From the sequence record MT611523.1: a DNA stretch of 64,000 nt, one strand, 5' to 3'. Below are positions 53,816 through 63,519 of this stretch, one piece after another (within the stretch, counting starts at the first letter, position 1; each line of letters begins with the position of its first letter). The stretch is from Escherichia phage DK-13. A model generated the notes under the pieces. That model worked only from the letters and a program-made list of their open reading frames with translations, had not been told where the DNA came from and ran no database searches. A program made the position numbers and the translations under genes.

Positions 53816-54765
53816 TTCATTTCCCCAGCCAGTTGAGCAAACAGATAAGTCAAGTGAACTTCGGTATTGGCTGCAATGCCATGATACTGATTATTCTCAC
53901 CCACAATCTCATACATACGGATGATGCTTGCACCAGTCAGTTTGCCATACATTTCATCAGCCAGCTTTGCAATGAAGCTTGAATAATCATTTGCATGCTT
54001 AGGAGCCAGCCCACGGAGAACTTTAAAGTTACGGTCCTTAAGGGCATCAATCACATCATCAATTGGTGTGCGATTGTTTGTCACGATGCTCAGAATACCG
54101 GAATCGATAACACCTTTTGCAGAGTAACGGTCAAGCTCATTAATTGTCTTACGCAGGTCCGGGAAGTTATGCTTAACCAGAGCAGCAACAACTTTCAGGT
54201 CTTCGATTTCAACGCCTTCGTTTTTACATATCGCGACTGCACGATGAATCATCTCTTTCATCATAGTAGTCTGGTCAGCTGGAGTTGCTTCACCAAACTT
54301 AATTACGCGGCAACGAGACTGCAACGGAGTGATGATACCATCGATATTGTTCGCGGTCATAATGATTGAACAGTTGCTCGAATAAGCTTCCATAAAGCTA
54401 CGAAGGTGTCGTTGTGATTCAGCCAGACCCGCACGGTCAAACTCATCGATAACGATTACCTTACGGCGTCCTTCGATTGATTTAGATGATGCAAAGCGAG
54501 TCAATTCATTACGCACAAAGTCAATTCGACAATCGGAGCCGTTAACAAACAGCATATCAGAATTCGTATCCGCACACATAGCTTTTGCAACTGTTGTCTT
54601 ACCAGTACCAGGGGAACTACTGACCAGAATCAAGTTAGGAATCAAACCTTTTTTAACAATCGCCTCTAATGTTTCTTTATCATGAGCCGGAAGAATACAC
54701 TCTGATAATGTACCTGGACGGTATTTTTGTTCCCACATGAATTCTTTGTCATTAACCGTTAACAT
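53806..54765 (-). CDS. 44: clamp loader large subunit gp44 (AAA+)
   Basis: 319 aa; Walker A SPGTGKTT, Walker B VIVIDEFD; position between 62 and 45. Confidence 0.93.
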   Translation of the reverse strand: MLTVNDKEFMWEQKYRPGTLSECILPAHDKETLEAIVKKGLIPNLILVSSSPGTGKTTVAKAMCADTNSDMLFVNGSDCRIDFVRNELTRFASSKSIEGRRKVIVIDEFDRAGLAESQRHLRSFMEAYSSNCSIIMTANNIDGIITPLQSRCRVIKFGEATPADQTTMMKEMIHRAVAICKNEGVEIEDLKVVAALVKHNFPDLRKTINELDRYSAKGVIDSGILSIVTNNRTPIDDVIDALKDRNFKVLRGLAPKHANDYSSFIAKLADEMYGKLTGASIIRMYEIVGENNQYHGIAANTEVHLTYLFAQLAGEMKWL

Positions 54766-54821
54766 ATATTTTCCTCATATTAGTTTCTACTTTGTACTCC
54801 ATGGGGCCGAAGCCCCATTTA

Positions 54822-55517
54822 TTAATCTTGGAATTCGTGGCTAGAACCTTGTTCCATTGCAATCACATAGCTTGCTTGTGTACCTTCAAACTTCGTAGCA
54901 AATTTATCGTCTTTCGCCCAAAGCATAACACGGTAATCAGCCGGAATCATTTTCATGTTCAGTTTGTTAATGATAAATTTAAACGCTGCATCACCTTCGT
55001 AATCGCCACACACCAGGGAATACAATGGACGCGCTAACTCTTTATCTTCGAGCTGATTATAACCATGGATAACAATCTTACCGTCTTTGTTGGTGATTGC
55101 AAAAGTATCCAGTGACAAACCACCAGCCACACGCAGAAGTTGCTGCAGGTCACTACCTTTCAGGTCGAAGATAACCTTAGCTACCGGGAAAGGAATCTTC
55201 TTAGCAGGGAACACGATAGTGCTCGGGTCAGCCGCTGGCCAGTGAATCGTTGAACGTTGGTCTTTGATAATGATATTCGATGCATCTTCAGCCAGAGATA
55301 CTTCGGCTTGGTCAGTTACCAGGCCCAGGATACTTAAGAAGCCGTTCAGGTCATAAATTGCAGCTTCAAAGTCGATTGTATCATTGATTTCAGATTCACC
55401 ATATGACGCTCCAGTCACAGAACGAGTCAGGATGGTATTACCTGGCTTAAGCATAATGCCAGAGTAAATGGAAGTGAAGTTTTTCAGAACTGCGATAGTG
55501 TCTTTAGAGAATTTCAT
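54822..55517 (-). CDS. 45: sliding clamp gp45
   Basis: 231 aa; MK.SKDT.A.LKNF..I.SGIMLK.G...TR.V.G..Y.E..I.D.IDF..AIYDLNGFL.IL.LV resembles T4 gp45. Confidence 0.93.
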   Translation of the reverse strand: MKFSKDTIAVLKNFTSIYSGIMLKPGNTILTRSVTGASYGESEINDTIDFEAAIYDLNGFLSILGLVTDQAEVSLAEDASNIIIKDQRSTIHWPAADPSTIVFPAKKIPFPVAKVIFDLKGSDLQQLLRVAGGLSLDTFAITNKDGKIVIHGYNQLEDKELARPLYSLVCGDYEGDAAFKFIINKLNMKMIPADYRVMLWAKDDKFATKFEGTQASYVIAMEQGSSHEFQD

Positions 55518-55547
55518 TTAATTACCTTTTATTCAAATCAAAATTAA

Positions 55548-55955
55548 TTAAGCAACAACTGCCATTTGTTTGCGGATAGCTTCCGGAAGAGATTCAATAT
55601 ACTCTGGAAGTTGCGCAGCAATAATAGAACCAGCTTGGACCAGGTGGTCGTCGAAGTCAACACAGTAATCATCTTCGAGACGTTCGGAACCGTCACGGTC
55701 GATAACCAGTTTAGCACCAGCAGCCAGTGAATCGTTGTAGTGATTACGCATCAGTTCAATCCACTTATCAGATACATCAGTATCAATCACACCGTACAGC
55801 ATGAATTTAATTTCTTGCGGCAGAGACTGCAGACGGGCAGCAGATGCTTCATCACATGCCAGGACCCAGGATTTGCGGATGCGGTTTTGGTTGTGTGGGT
55901 TGGCGTCGGTGCGGATGGTTTTAACTTGGATATCTTTAGCAGTTACGTTGTTCAT
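55548..55955 (-). CDS. rpbA: RNA polymerase-binding protein RpbA-like (start uncertain)
   Basis: track start 55979 is TTG; ATG at 55955 chosen; position between 45 and 46 as T4 rpbA; similar size. Confidence 0.45.
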   Translation of the reverse strand: MNNVTAKDIQVKTIRTDANPHNQNRIRKSWVLACDEASAARLQSLPQEIKFMLYGVIDTDVSDKWIELMRNHYNDSLAAGAKLVIDRDGSERLEDDYCVDFDDHLVQAGSIIAAQLPEYIESLPEAIRKQMAVVA

Positions 55956-55979
55956 AATATTCTCTCTATTCATTATCAA

Positions 55980-56198
55980 TTAATCAAAGTATTCATATGC
56001 AAACCAGGCATTGTGTCTGTTCGCGATTATTTTAACATATTCTTCACCGAAAGCGTTTTGTAAGTCACGTTCAGTAACAAGGTGTTCATCTTTCGAAAAG
56101 GTATTAACTAACACATATCGTTTAATTTCAGGGACAGCCAGTAAATGCTGCCCGGTTAAAAAATTGCTCATAAATAATATTATCCGTTGCAGTATCAA
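55980..56198 (-). CDS. hypothetical protein (72 aa or shorter)
   Basis: track start is TTG; internal ATG at 56171; position as T4 45.2. Confidence 0.4.
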   Translation of the reverse strand: MILQRIILFMSNFLTGQHLLAVPEIKRYVLVNTFSKDEHLVTERDLQNAFGEEYVKIIANRHNAWFAYEYFD

Positions 56199-56211
56199 AC
56201 AAGGGTCTGAT

Positions 56212-56928
56212 ATGAATTATAACATCATTTACCAAAAGCTTATTAGCAGAGCATTGAATCGCAAATTAACCACATACTCTGAAAGTCATCACATTATACC
56301 CCGTTGCATGGGTGGGGCAGACGACGCTTCAAATCTTGTTGATTTAACTCCCGAGGAACATTTCGTTTGTCATCAACTGTTGGTCAAAATGCATCCAAAT
56401 AATGCTTCTTTGGTCTATGCCGCGCGCATGATGACAGTTTCCTCACCAAACGCCGACAGAAGCAAAAACAAATTATTTGGATGGCTTCGTCGTAAAAACT
56501 TGGAAGCTCAACAAAATAAAATTTTCTCCGATGAAACCAGAAAGAAAATGTCAGAATCCGCCAAATTAAAACCGAGAGTTGAATGTCCACACTGTGGAAA
56601 AACCGGTCTCGTTGGCAATATGAATCGTTGGCATTTTGATAACTGTTCCAAAGGTCCAAACAAGGTTGTTCATACTATTCCAGAAAAACAAAAGCAAAAA
56701 ATTTCAGTAGGATTAAAACAAGCTAAACATGAAATTTTAACTTGTGAATTTTGTGGTCTTGAAGGTAAAAAGTGTGTTATATCCACTCACCAACAATTCT
56801 GCAAATCCAATCCAAACCGGAAGAAAAAGGTGGACCCCAAAATTCAGTGTCCACATTGTAATGTAGTCGGTACGCCAGCCAATATGAAACGTTGGCATTT
56901 TGATAACTGCAAAATGAAGCCTCAATAA
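56212..56928 (+). CDS. HNH-family homing endonuclease-like protein with three C-terminal zinc-finger-like repeats
   Basis: track ORF 56011..56928; start moved to ATG 56212 (MNYNIIYQKL...); HNH motif ESHHIIPRCMGGADDASNLVDLTPEEHFVCH; repeats CPHCGKTGLVGNMNRWHFDNC, CEFCGLEGKKC, CPHCNVVGTPANMKRWHFDNC; only plus-strand gene in this early block. Confidence 0.75.
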   Translation: MNYNIIYQKLISRALNRKLTTYSESHHIIPRCMGGADDASNLVDLTPEEHFVCHQLLVKMHPNNASLVYAARMMTVSSPNADRSKNKLFGWLRRKNLEAQQNKIFSDETRKKMSESAKLKPRVECPHCGKTGLVGNMNRWHFDNCSKGPNKVVHTIPEKQKQKISVGLKQAKHEILTCEFCGLEGKKCVISTHQQFCKSNPNRKKKVDPKIQCPHCNVVGTPANMKRWHFDNCKMKPQ

Positions 56929-56933
56929 GAGGC

Positions 56934-58616
56934 TCATTCCAGAACAGTAAATCGACCGACTTTTTTCATTTGAAGATGCTGTCCATATGCTTCTGGGTCG
57001 TGTTCACGATGGCTAATGATAAACACGTTTTGACCTTCCAATTTATTAATAATTGCCTGGATAGCTTTGATGCCTTCGGCGTCAGTGGCTGAATCCATGA
57101 CCTCATCCAGAATCAACGTACTAATTTGCACACCAGATACTTTCGCAGCAATATCACGCCATGTAAACAGCAATGCGATATCGATACGAGCTTTTTCACC
57201 CTGGCTAAATGATGCATAGCTGAAGTCTTCACGTCCACGAGATTTAATCGTTTCGTTGAACTCTTCATCTAACGTAAAACTATAATCAGCTTCCATAACT
57301 TTAAGATAAGCGTTTATCTGCTTATTAAAGATAGGAATATATTTCTTAATAATCGCGCCCTTAATACCAGAATCTTTCAACATATCCGTTAAGATACCAC
57401 GTTGATATTTTTCCATCACAAGGTCGGATTTTTGTTTGACTATTTTATCAAGCTGGTCTTGAAGCATTTTAATGTCTGCTGCATGGTCAATAAATTCCGA
57501 CTTAGCTTGCTCGATTAATGCTTTAACCTTTTTAGCTTTTTCGACAGTCTGGACTAAGGTTTGTTTCTTAGTTTGAATGTCTTGAGCTATTGTACGCTGG
57601 TTTTGTCTTGCCTTGGTATACGCATCAAATTGCTCTTGAACAGCATTCTGGCGAGCTTTATGCTTATCAGCTGATGCATTACATTCTTCAATCTTTGACT
57701 CAATCCTGGCGACAATGGGGTCTCCTGGATGCAACTGACTGGCACAAGTCTGACAACAACCACCTTTCTCGTACAGACCAACAACCTTTCGGTAATCGTC
57801 TATCTTCGACTTAATCAGGAATGATTCCTGCTTTAACTTCGTGAGTTCATGCTCAGGGTCTTCTCCCAAGATTATCTCGGTCAGTCTTGTTGTTGCTTCT
57901 TCGATAGTCGTCTTGATTCCACGTGCTTCTGTGGCAAGTTCATCATACATCGTTTGCAGCCGCAACAGATTATCACCTGATAATTTTCTTTGACGGTCTT
58001 CGTTGTCCTGATAGATTTTAATCTGTTGAACAATACCATCATGCTGCACATCCATCACCTGGATTTGACTATTGACTTCACGGATAAGAGATTTGTTCAG
58101 CTTATCCATATCGGCCAGTACAGAAACCTCTAAAAGGTCTTCGACGAGTTTTCTTCTTGCAGGAGTGGATAGGCCCATAAAAGGGGTATATCCAGCTGTG
58201 CCGAGTACGACAATCTGTTTGAAGCTTGCGTAGGACATTCCAATGAGCTGTTCAAATTCCGCTTGGAAGTCTTTACTGCTGGCAGATTCATCAAGACGTT
58301 TACCGCCACAAGAGATTTCAAAAACATTGGGTTTTTGCCCGCGTTTGATATAGTATTCTTTTCCATCATATTCCATCCACAATTCAACGAGCATATCTTT
58401 TTTGTTGCTCGAGTTAATCAACTGGCCTTTCTTTACATCACGGAAAGGCTTACCGAACATAGCAAAGGTAACCGCTTCAAGGAACGTAGATTTACCCGCA
58501 CCATTCTTGCCGGTGACCAGAGTTTTTTGGACTTTATCCAGTTCAACAGTAATCGGTTGAGCACCAACCGACATAATATTTTTATAGATAACTTTCTTAA
58601 GCTTAAAAGTCTTCAC
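56934..58616 (-). CDS. 46: recombination endonuclease subunit gp46 (SbcC/Rad50-like ATPase)
   Basis: 560 aa; Walker A GKNGAGKST; coiled-coil middle; C-terminal ...LILDEV.D...; resembles T4 gp46; track start is GTG. Confidence 0.93.
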   Translation of the reverse strand: MKTFKLKKVIYKNIMSVGAQPITVELDKVQKTLVTGKNGAGKSTFLEAVTFAMFGKPFRDVKKGQLINSSNKKDMLVELWMEYDGKEYYIKRGQKPNVFEISCGGKRLDESASSKDFQAEFEQLIGMSYASFKQIVVLGTAGYTPFMGLSTPARRKLVEDLLEVSVLADMDKLNKSLIREVNSQIQVMDVQHDGIVQQIKIYQDNEDRQRKLSGDNLLRLQTMYDELATEARGIKTTIEEATTRLTEIILGEDPEHELTKLKQESFLIKSKIDDYRKVVGLYEKGGCCQTCASQLHPGDPIVARIESKIEECNASADKHKARQNAVQEQFDAYTKARQNQRTIAQDIQTKKQTLVQTVEKAKKVKALIEQAKSEFIDHAADIKMLQDQLDKIVKQKSDLVMEKYQRGILTDMLKDSGIKGAIIKKYIPIFNKQINAYLKVMEADYSFTLDEEFNETIKSRGREDFSYASFSQGEKARIDIALLFTWRDIAAKVSGVQISTLILDEVMDSATDAEGIKAIQAIINKLEGQNVFIISHREHDPEAYGQHLQMKKVGRFTVLE

Positions 58617-58831
58617 AAAAGATTCCTTTTAATGTATCTTTTAGACCATTCTATCATATCATCATAATCTAAAAAGCATTCATCAAATTCAGCCATGTAA
58701 ACCACTCCCTGCGCCGTTTTTGATGTGATATAAATTATTCCGACATATCTAGAATCTTCTTCGGTATAATCAATATTTGCTACAAATTCATCATCAAGAT
58801 TAAATTCAAAAGTCTTCATCATAATAAGCAT
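58613..58831 (-). CDS. hypothetical protein (72 aa)
   Basis: ATG ORF between 47 and 46, as T4 46.1/46.2. Confidence 0.45.
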   Translation of the reverse strand: MLIMMKTFEFNLDDEFVANIDYTEEDSRYVGIIYITSKTAQGVVYMAEFDECFLDYDDMIEWSKRYIKRNLL

Positions 58832-59069
58832 CCTTGATGCATGATTCAGCCATATGAATTAATGTCTCTGGAGTATCATCTTCCATTACATTAAAGCTAA
58901 ATTCCACGGCCCAATCGGTGACTACATAGACTTTGATAAGTTGACCAGTTTCCCGGTCAGTGATAGCTTCAAACCAATACTTAATAGTATTCGGTTGATT
59001 ATCGTCGTCAACCACAGCACATTCGCGGATATGTTCAAGACCCGCTTCATTAAAATCATAAAGTCTCAC
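58806..59069 (-). CDS. hypothetical protein (87 aa)
   Basis: track start is GTG overlapping gp47 stop (GTGA); between 47 and 46. Confidence 0.45.
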   Translation of the reverse strand: MRLYDFNEAGLEHIRECAVVDDDNQPNTIKYWFEAITDRETGQLIKVYVVTDWAVEFSFNVMEDDTPETLIHMAESCIKDAYYDEDF

Positions 59070-60085
59070 GGTTGCACCTCAAGGTATAATTTGTTGGCCA
59101 ATGCTTTGAGAGCTTTTGATTCTTTCTCATTGGCGTCAGGTAATGCATCGATATATTCTGCCATCATATCTGTTAAGCGTTTTATGTCTAACTCTTCATC
59201 AGAGTCTGATGTGTCAACACTGTTATCAACCTTATTGACAACACGCAATTCATGCACACGCTTTTCTAATTCAGATTCGAACTTGGTCAGGTCTTTATCG
59301 ACTTTTTCTACAATAACACGGACTGATAAGTCTTTGAAGTCGTCGTAGTTAATAGTTTCGTTTGGATAGAAAATCTTCCGATGCCAGGTGGTTTCATTCG
59401 GAATAAATTTCATCTCTTCGGTTTCGGTATCAAATTCCCAGAACCCGCGCGGGTCGTTCTCGTCACCTGCTGTTAATGTCCATGGTGTCCCGATGTACTT
59501 AACGTTTGCAGCTTCTGAAATTGTGTGGAAGTGACCAGACCAAACTTGCTTGTACTTCTTAAGGAAATCAGGCTCAAGTCCGTGGGATTTCAATCCTTTA
59601 TAGAAATAAAACCCGGTTAATTCCCAGTGACCGATGCAATATTCAGCCCCAGAAGTTTTGATATGTTGGTGAATGTCAGTTGCGTTCTCGTCACACATCC
59701 ATGGAATCATATCAATCTGACAACCGTCAAAATCAACAGTCGTTGGCTTATCGTAGATTTTAACATGGTCATACTTATTCAGGAGTTCAGTGATAGCATT
59801 AGGATGAATCTTATTCTTCAGATTCATGTCATGGTTCCCGACTATCGTGTGCATAGTAATTCCTGCTTCACGAAGGAGTTCCATAATCTCACGGCTGAAT
59901 TCCATCGTCTTATGCGTTACGGCCTTACGGACGTCAAAAATATCACCATATTGAATCCAGACTTTAATCCCATTCGCTTTGGAATATGCAATCGCCTGTA
60001 AAATACCATCGCGTTGAATGTTTTGAGCCCATGGGTCGTCAGCTTTGACACCTAAGTGCCAATCACCTAAATTTAAAATTTTCAT
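59066..60085 (-). CDS. 47: recombination endonuclease subunit gp47 (SbcD/Mre11-like)
   Basis: track ORF extends to 60112; start moved to ATG 60085 (MKILNLGDWHLG...) matching T4 gp47 N-terminus as recalled; phosphoesterase motifs GDIFD, GNHD. Confidence 0.92.
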   Translation of the reverse strand: MKILNLGDWHLGVKADDPWAQNIQRDGILQAIAYSKANGIKVWIQYGDIFDVRKAVTHKTMEFSREIMELLREAGITMHTIVGNHDMNLKNKIHPNAITELLNKYDHVKIYDKPTTVDFDGCQIDMIPWMCDENATDIHQHIKTSGAEYCIGHWELTGFYFYKGLKSHGLEPDFLKKYKQVWSGHFHTISEAANVKYIGTPWTLTAGDENDPRGFWEFDTETEEMKFIPNETTWHRKIFYPNETINYDDFKDLSVRVIVEKVDKDLTKFESELEKRVHELRVVNKVDNSVDTSDSDEELDIKRLTDMMAEYIDALPDANEKESKALKALANKLYLEVQP

Positions 60086-60225
60086 AAGCCAAGCGCCGTT
60101 ATCGCAGTGCAAAATAAAATTATTGAAATGAACCCGTCAGGAGTGGAAAAGAATCCTATCCAACAAGCTCTTGTGAATGTGTAGAATGCCATGAATAGCA
60201 CGACATATCCTAAAAATAATTCCAT
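60082..60225 (-). CDS. small membrane peptide (47 aa)
   Basis: manual translation MELFLGYVVLFMAFYTFTRACWIGFFSTPDGFISIILFCTAITALGL; GAGGAG SD; stop overlaps gp47 ATG (ATGA). Confidence 0.35.
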   Translation of the reverse strand: MELFLGYVVLFMAFYTFTRACWIGFFSTPDGFISIILFCTAITALGL

Positions 60226-60514
60226 ATACTCTCCTCAGTTGGTTCATTTTATCATCCCGAATATAAAGCAAAAAAGGAAGCACTAGGCTTCCTTTCCAAT
60301 TAATACACCATACAGAGGTTCATGAGAAGACCTGAACTTGATAGGCTTATAGGTAATAGTACCTTCATTTTCTGCTTTAATACGAGCAGCTTCAAATTGA
60401 AGAATCATCTCGTTTTTGTCAGATTTAATCTTATCAAAATCCGTCGAATTCGTCATTCATATGACCTCTTAAAAATCTGGATGTTCGTCGTTCATTAGCC
60501 ACCTGTCCATGTTA

Positions 60515-60715
60515 TCATCGTTGCCACCATTTCTTAAGTTGATGAGAATCGACCCAAACCTTGGCTACAGGCTCAATCTGAAAAATACCATCAGAATATT
60601 GGCCCATCATTTTGTATTCGGTTTCGGTTTGCTTGATACAGATATTACCGTATGAGCGAAGTCTGAAAGCGGCTCCAACAAGAAGCCGTTTAAAAGGTTT
60701 ATTTACTAATGCCAT
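60515..60715 (-). CDS. hypothetical protein (66 aa)
   Basis: ATG ORF in the 47-55 interval. Confidence 0.4.
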   Translation of the reverse strand: MALVNKPFKRLLVGAAFRLRSYGNICIKQTETEYKMMGQYSDGIFQIEPVAKVWVDSHQLKKWWQR

Positions 60716-61010
60716 TTACGATTTCCCAAATTTGTTTGCGAGTAGAATCCCACATCAACTTAATCAGGTCTTCCGTAACTGGTTGGCGGTAAATTCCACG
60801 CAGTTTAACAAGAGCATATTTGTATGCTTCAAAATTGTTTTCCAGCACTGCCCCTTGAGCATGCTTATTCAGTCGTGCAATTTCACGAGCATTCTTTTTC
60901 AGAATCTTCGCTGCTTGACTGGTTGCTTCGAGTGCGTTCGCTTCTTCGAGACGTTCCTGTGCTTCTTCAATCTGCTTATCGGTCAGTTGAGAAATATCTG
61001 GAGCTTGCAT
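60699..61010 (-). CDS. hypothetical protein (103 aa)
   Basis: ATG ORF in the 47-55 interval. Confidence 0.45.
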   Translation of the reverse strand: MQAPDISQLTDKQIEEAQERLEEANALEATSQAAKILKKNAREIARLNKHAQGAVLENNFEAYKYALVKLRGIYRQPVTEDLIKLMWDSTRKQIWEIVNGISK

Positions 61011-61011
61011 A

Positions 61012-61281
61012 TTAATCCTTGGGAGTTAACTCAATTGTAAAATATAGATTAGCATTATCCACATGATAACGGTAATCAACGTTATTGTCCGGAGAAGTAA
61101 ATTCCAGATTCCGGACGTTTAAAGGGTCGATATCAATTGGAAGACCTTTTATGTCTCGCAGATAAAGTTTAATGAAATATGGGAGAGCCGTAAAGTCTTC
61201 CTCGATTTTATCTAAAAAATCGGTAATATCAAATTGATGTTCCATATAAAAAATCCAAATCACCCTCTTTATCTTTGGCAC
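61012..61281 (-). CDS. hypothetical protein (89 aa, start uncertain)
   Basis: track start is GTG; internal ATG at 61245; overlaps 3' end of gene 55. Confidence 0.35.
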   Translation of the reverse strand: MPKIKRVIWIFYMEHQFDITDFLDKIEEDFTALPYFIKLYLRDIKGLPIDIDPLNVRNLEFTSPDNNVDYRYHVDNANLYFTIELTPKD

Positions 61282-61786
61282 TCTTATCAGACCCTGGCGC
61301 TTTAACTAAGGAGGATTCGTACTGTGTCATTTTGTCATAGATGTCCTGGATAAATGTTTCATCAGCCAGAGCCACCATATCGTCATCACGTGAATCATAT
61401 ACGTTATGGACGAAGTAGCTATATTTCTTTGCCATTTCTTTACGTTCTTTTTTGATACGCTGAACGAAAGCATTGAAGCAAGCCATTGTTATGTAAGCAT
61501 GTGGATTATCGTATTTTGTTTCGTCGAAGTTGTGAAGACCTTTTATTGCGGCCTCAATACCGTCAGCAATCATTTCTTGCTTCCAGGATTGGGTATATCC
61601 GGAGAAGTTGAAACGTTTGCTAAGACCTTCGGCTATAAGCATAATCGCCAGACCAATAACATCGTTCTGGCGAATAATTTTGTTCGGGTCGGTGTTCGCA
61701 TTCAGCTTCTGTTTCCACTCCGAAATAGCTTTCAAAAGCTCTTTATTATTTACATAGTTATTCTTGGTTAATTTAATTTCGTTCAT
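61229..61786 (-). CDS. 55: late-transcription sigma factor gp55
   Basis: 185 aa; ...[129 protein letters not shown] resembles T4 gp55. Confidence 0.93.
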   Translation of the reverse strand: MNEIKLTKNNYVNNKELLKAISEWKQKLNANTDPNKIIRQNDVIGLAIMLIAEGLSKRFNFSGYTQSWKQEMIADGIEAAIKGLHNFDETKYDNPHAYITMACFNAFVQRIKKERKEMAKKYSYFVHNVYDSRDDDMVALADETFIQDIYDKMTQYESSLVKAPGSDKSAKDKEGDLDFLYGTSI

Positions 61787-61834
61787 ATCGCCTCACTTAG
61801 TATATGAATATTATATCATCCTTTATACAAAGCA

Positions 61835-62101
61835 TTAGCGAAGTAAACAGTAAGCCTGAAAGACCTTCTCCATAATTGCCTTAAATTCATGGATGTCAAT
61901 ATAAGGGATAACCTCGGCATCACTAATGAATTCCATCAAACGGTCATGCTCGTTGCGGTATTGTCCTTCATTCAACATGCCGATATGGGACTCCCAAGAG
62001 CCATACCCTTCTACGTGTGGGAAGAATGTTATTTTCATGAATTCATCCACCCAAAACGTTCCCAGGTCCTGGATGGATATCATTGTATGATTGATGTGCA
62101 T
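61835..62101 (-). CDS. hypothetical protein (88 aa)
   Basis: ATG ORF upstream of gene 55. Confidence 0.45.
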   Translation of the reverse strand: MHINHTMISIQDLGTFWVDEFMKITFFPHVEGYGSWESHIGMLNEGQYRNEHDRLMEFISDAEVIPYIDIHEFKAIMEKVFQAYCLLR

Positions 62102-62367
62102 CAGTACACCAATTGGGCAGCTTCTAAAACATCATCAAGCTTATCAAACTGGTCAATATAATCAATCCCACCAACTTCATCTTTAGCATACAACCAATAT
62201 TGGTGAAATTCATATTCAATAATAAAGTGGTCACCTTCAATCTGGAGAACGCCAGCATTATTAAATTGAACTGCATAACCCGTAAAGCGAACATCATTCA
62301 GGAGTTCTTCTTTCATAGTAATCATTTCCAAGTTTTTATCGTAATTAGAGAGTTTTATTTTAATCAT
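62101..62367 (-). CDS. hypothetical protein (88 aa)
   Basis: ATG ORF; tightly packed with neighbours. Confidence 0.45.
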   Translation of the reverse strand: MIKIKLSNYDKNLEMITMKEELLNDVRFTGYAVQFNNAGVLQIEGDHFIIEYEFHQYWLYAKDEVGGIDYIDQFDKLDDVLEAAQLVY

Positions 62368-62623
62368 TTAAGTAGTCCAGGAATTCGTCTAATGTCATGC
62401 CTTCCGCCCAAGCTTCCCAAGCATCGATTTTAGTGTACTTGGTTTTAGTACACATAGGATAGATTTTGAATTCATATCCCATTGAAATGAAATAATTTAA
62501 AGTCCTTTGTAAATAGTAACCTTGACTAATTTTATGAGCTCGGCGAATTCCATTAGCATACGTATGTTTGTATGATACTATTACCGCAACACCTTCAGGT
62601 AATTCAATAGCAGGACACATCAT
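62360..62623 (-). CDS. hypothetical protein (87 aa)
   Basis: ATG ORF. Confidence 0.45.
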   Translation of the reverse strand: MMCPAIELPEGVAVIVSYKHTYANGIRRAHKISQGYYLQRTLNYFISMGYEFKIYPMCTKTKYTKIDAWEAWAEGMTLDEFLDYLND

Positions 62624-62946
62624 TTCGCACCCTTAACAATTTTCAGGTCAACAAAACCTTTCTTACGTTGGGAATTCATACGCTTGATGGCTTTGTCAGA
62701 AACTTCTTTGTTTTCACGTGGAAGCGGCAGACCAAACGCTACTACATCAAATTCATTCAGGATATACTGAACAAGACTTTCACGAATACGCGCTTTACCC
62801 ATTGTCTGACCTTCTGCAATAATCAACTTCTGTACATCGCCTTCCCACTGGTCCAGAATCTCAGGGGTAACGAAACCAGATTTCATCAGAGTGTTAACTT
62901 TAGCAAATGCGAAATTAGCGATGATGTTAGTGATAGATGCAGTCAT
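62620..62946 (-). CDS. hypothetical protein (108 aa)
   Basis: ATG ORF; start overlaps upstream stop. Confidence 0.45.
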   Translation of the reverse strand: MTASITNIIANFAFAKVNTLMKSGFVTPEILDQWEGDVQKLIIAEGQTMGKARIRESLVQYILNEFDVVAFGLPLPRENKEVSDKAIKRMNSQRKKGFVDLKIVKGAK

Positions 62947-63018
62947 GATATATTCCTCAGTCTCATTAAATTAAAATTTTATTATCCTGGGGCCATTATA
63001 CCATGACCCCGTTGGTTT

Positions 63019-63216
63019 TTACTGCGCTTTAGCGCCTTTCCAACCTTCATACATCATCGCGGCGGAAATTAATATTGCTCCTGCACATTTTGAATAATAG
63101 AGATTCCAAAACCAGTTTAGAAAAACTTCATCATCAATACCTTGAGCTATCATATTTTCAAAGAACTGACGACGAGATTCAGCAATTCGCTGTGATAATT
63201 TAGATTGTGGATTCAT
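63019..63216 (-). CDS. hypothetical protein (65 aa)
   Basis: track ORF 63019..63309; start moved to ATG 63216 with GAGGAAA SD, removing a large overlap. Confidence 0.4.
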   Translation of the reverse strand: MNPQSKLSQRIAESRRQFFENMIAQGIDDEVFLNWFWNLYYSKCAGAILISAAMMYEGWKGAKAQ

Positions 63217-63223
63217 ATTTTCC

Positions 63224-63517
63224 TCAGCTGTAACGATAACACTCGTTTGATTTACGTTTTGCAACACGATGAGAAGTATTATAATCCAAATCATCCTCAA
63301 CGTATACATCTTTTTTCAACTGACGAACTTCTTTACGCAGTTGACGATTCATCTCATTCTTGACTTCTGAATCAACGCCACGCATACGCTTCCATTTGTC
63401 TGAACGGAAGATATTTTCTTCAACTTGTTCTTGACTTACACCATCAGGCGCCTGACGACGCCCTGAATAATAAAAATCTTTTACAGACAATTCTTTGCGA
63501 CGAATAGTTTTACCCAT
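63224..63517 (-). CDS. hypothetical basic protein (97 aa)
   Basis: ATG ORF; Lys/Arg-rich. Confidence 0.45.
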   Translation of the reverse strand: MGKTIRRKELSVKDFYYSGRRQAPDGVSQEQVEENIFRSDKWKRMRGVDSEVKNEMNRQLRKEVRQLKKDVYVEDDLDYNTSHRVAKRKSNECYRYS

Positions 63518-63519
63518 AG

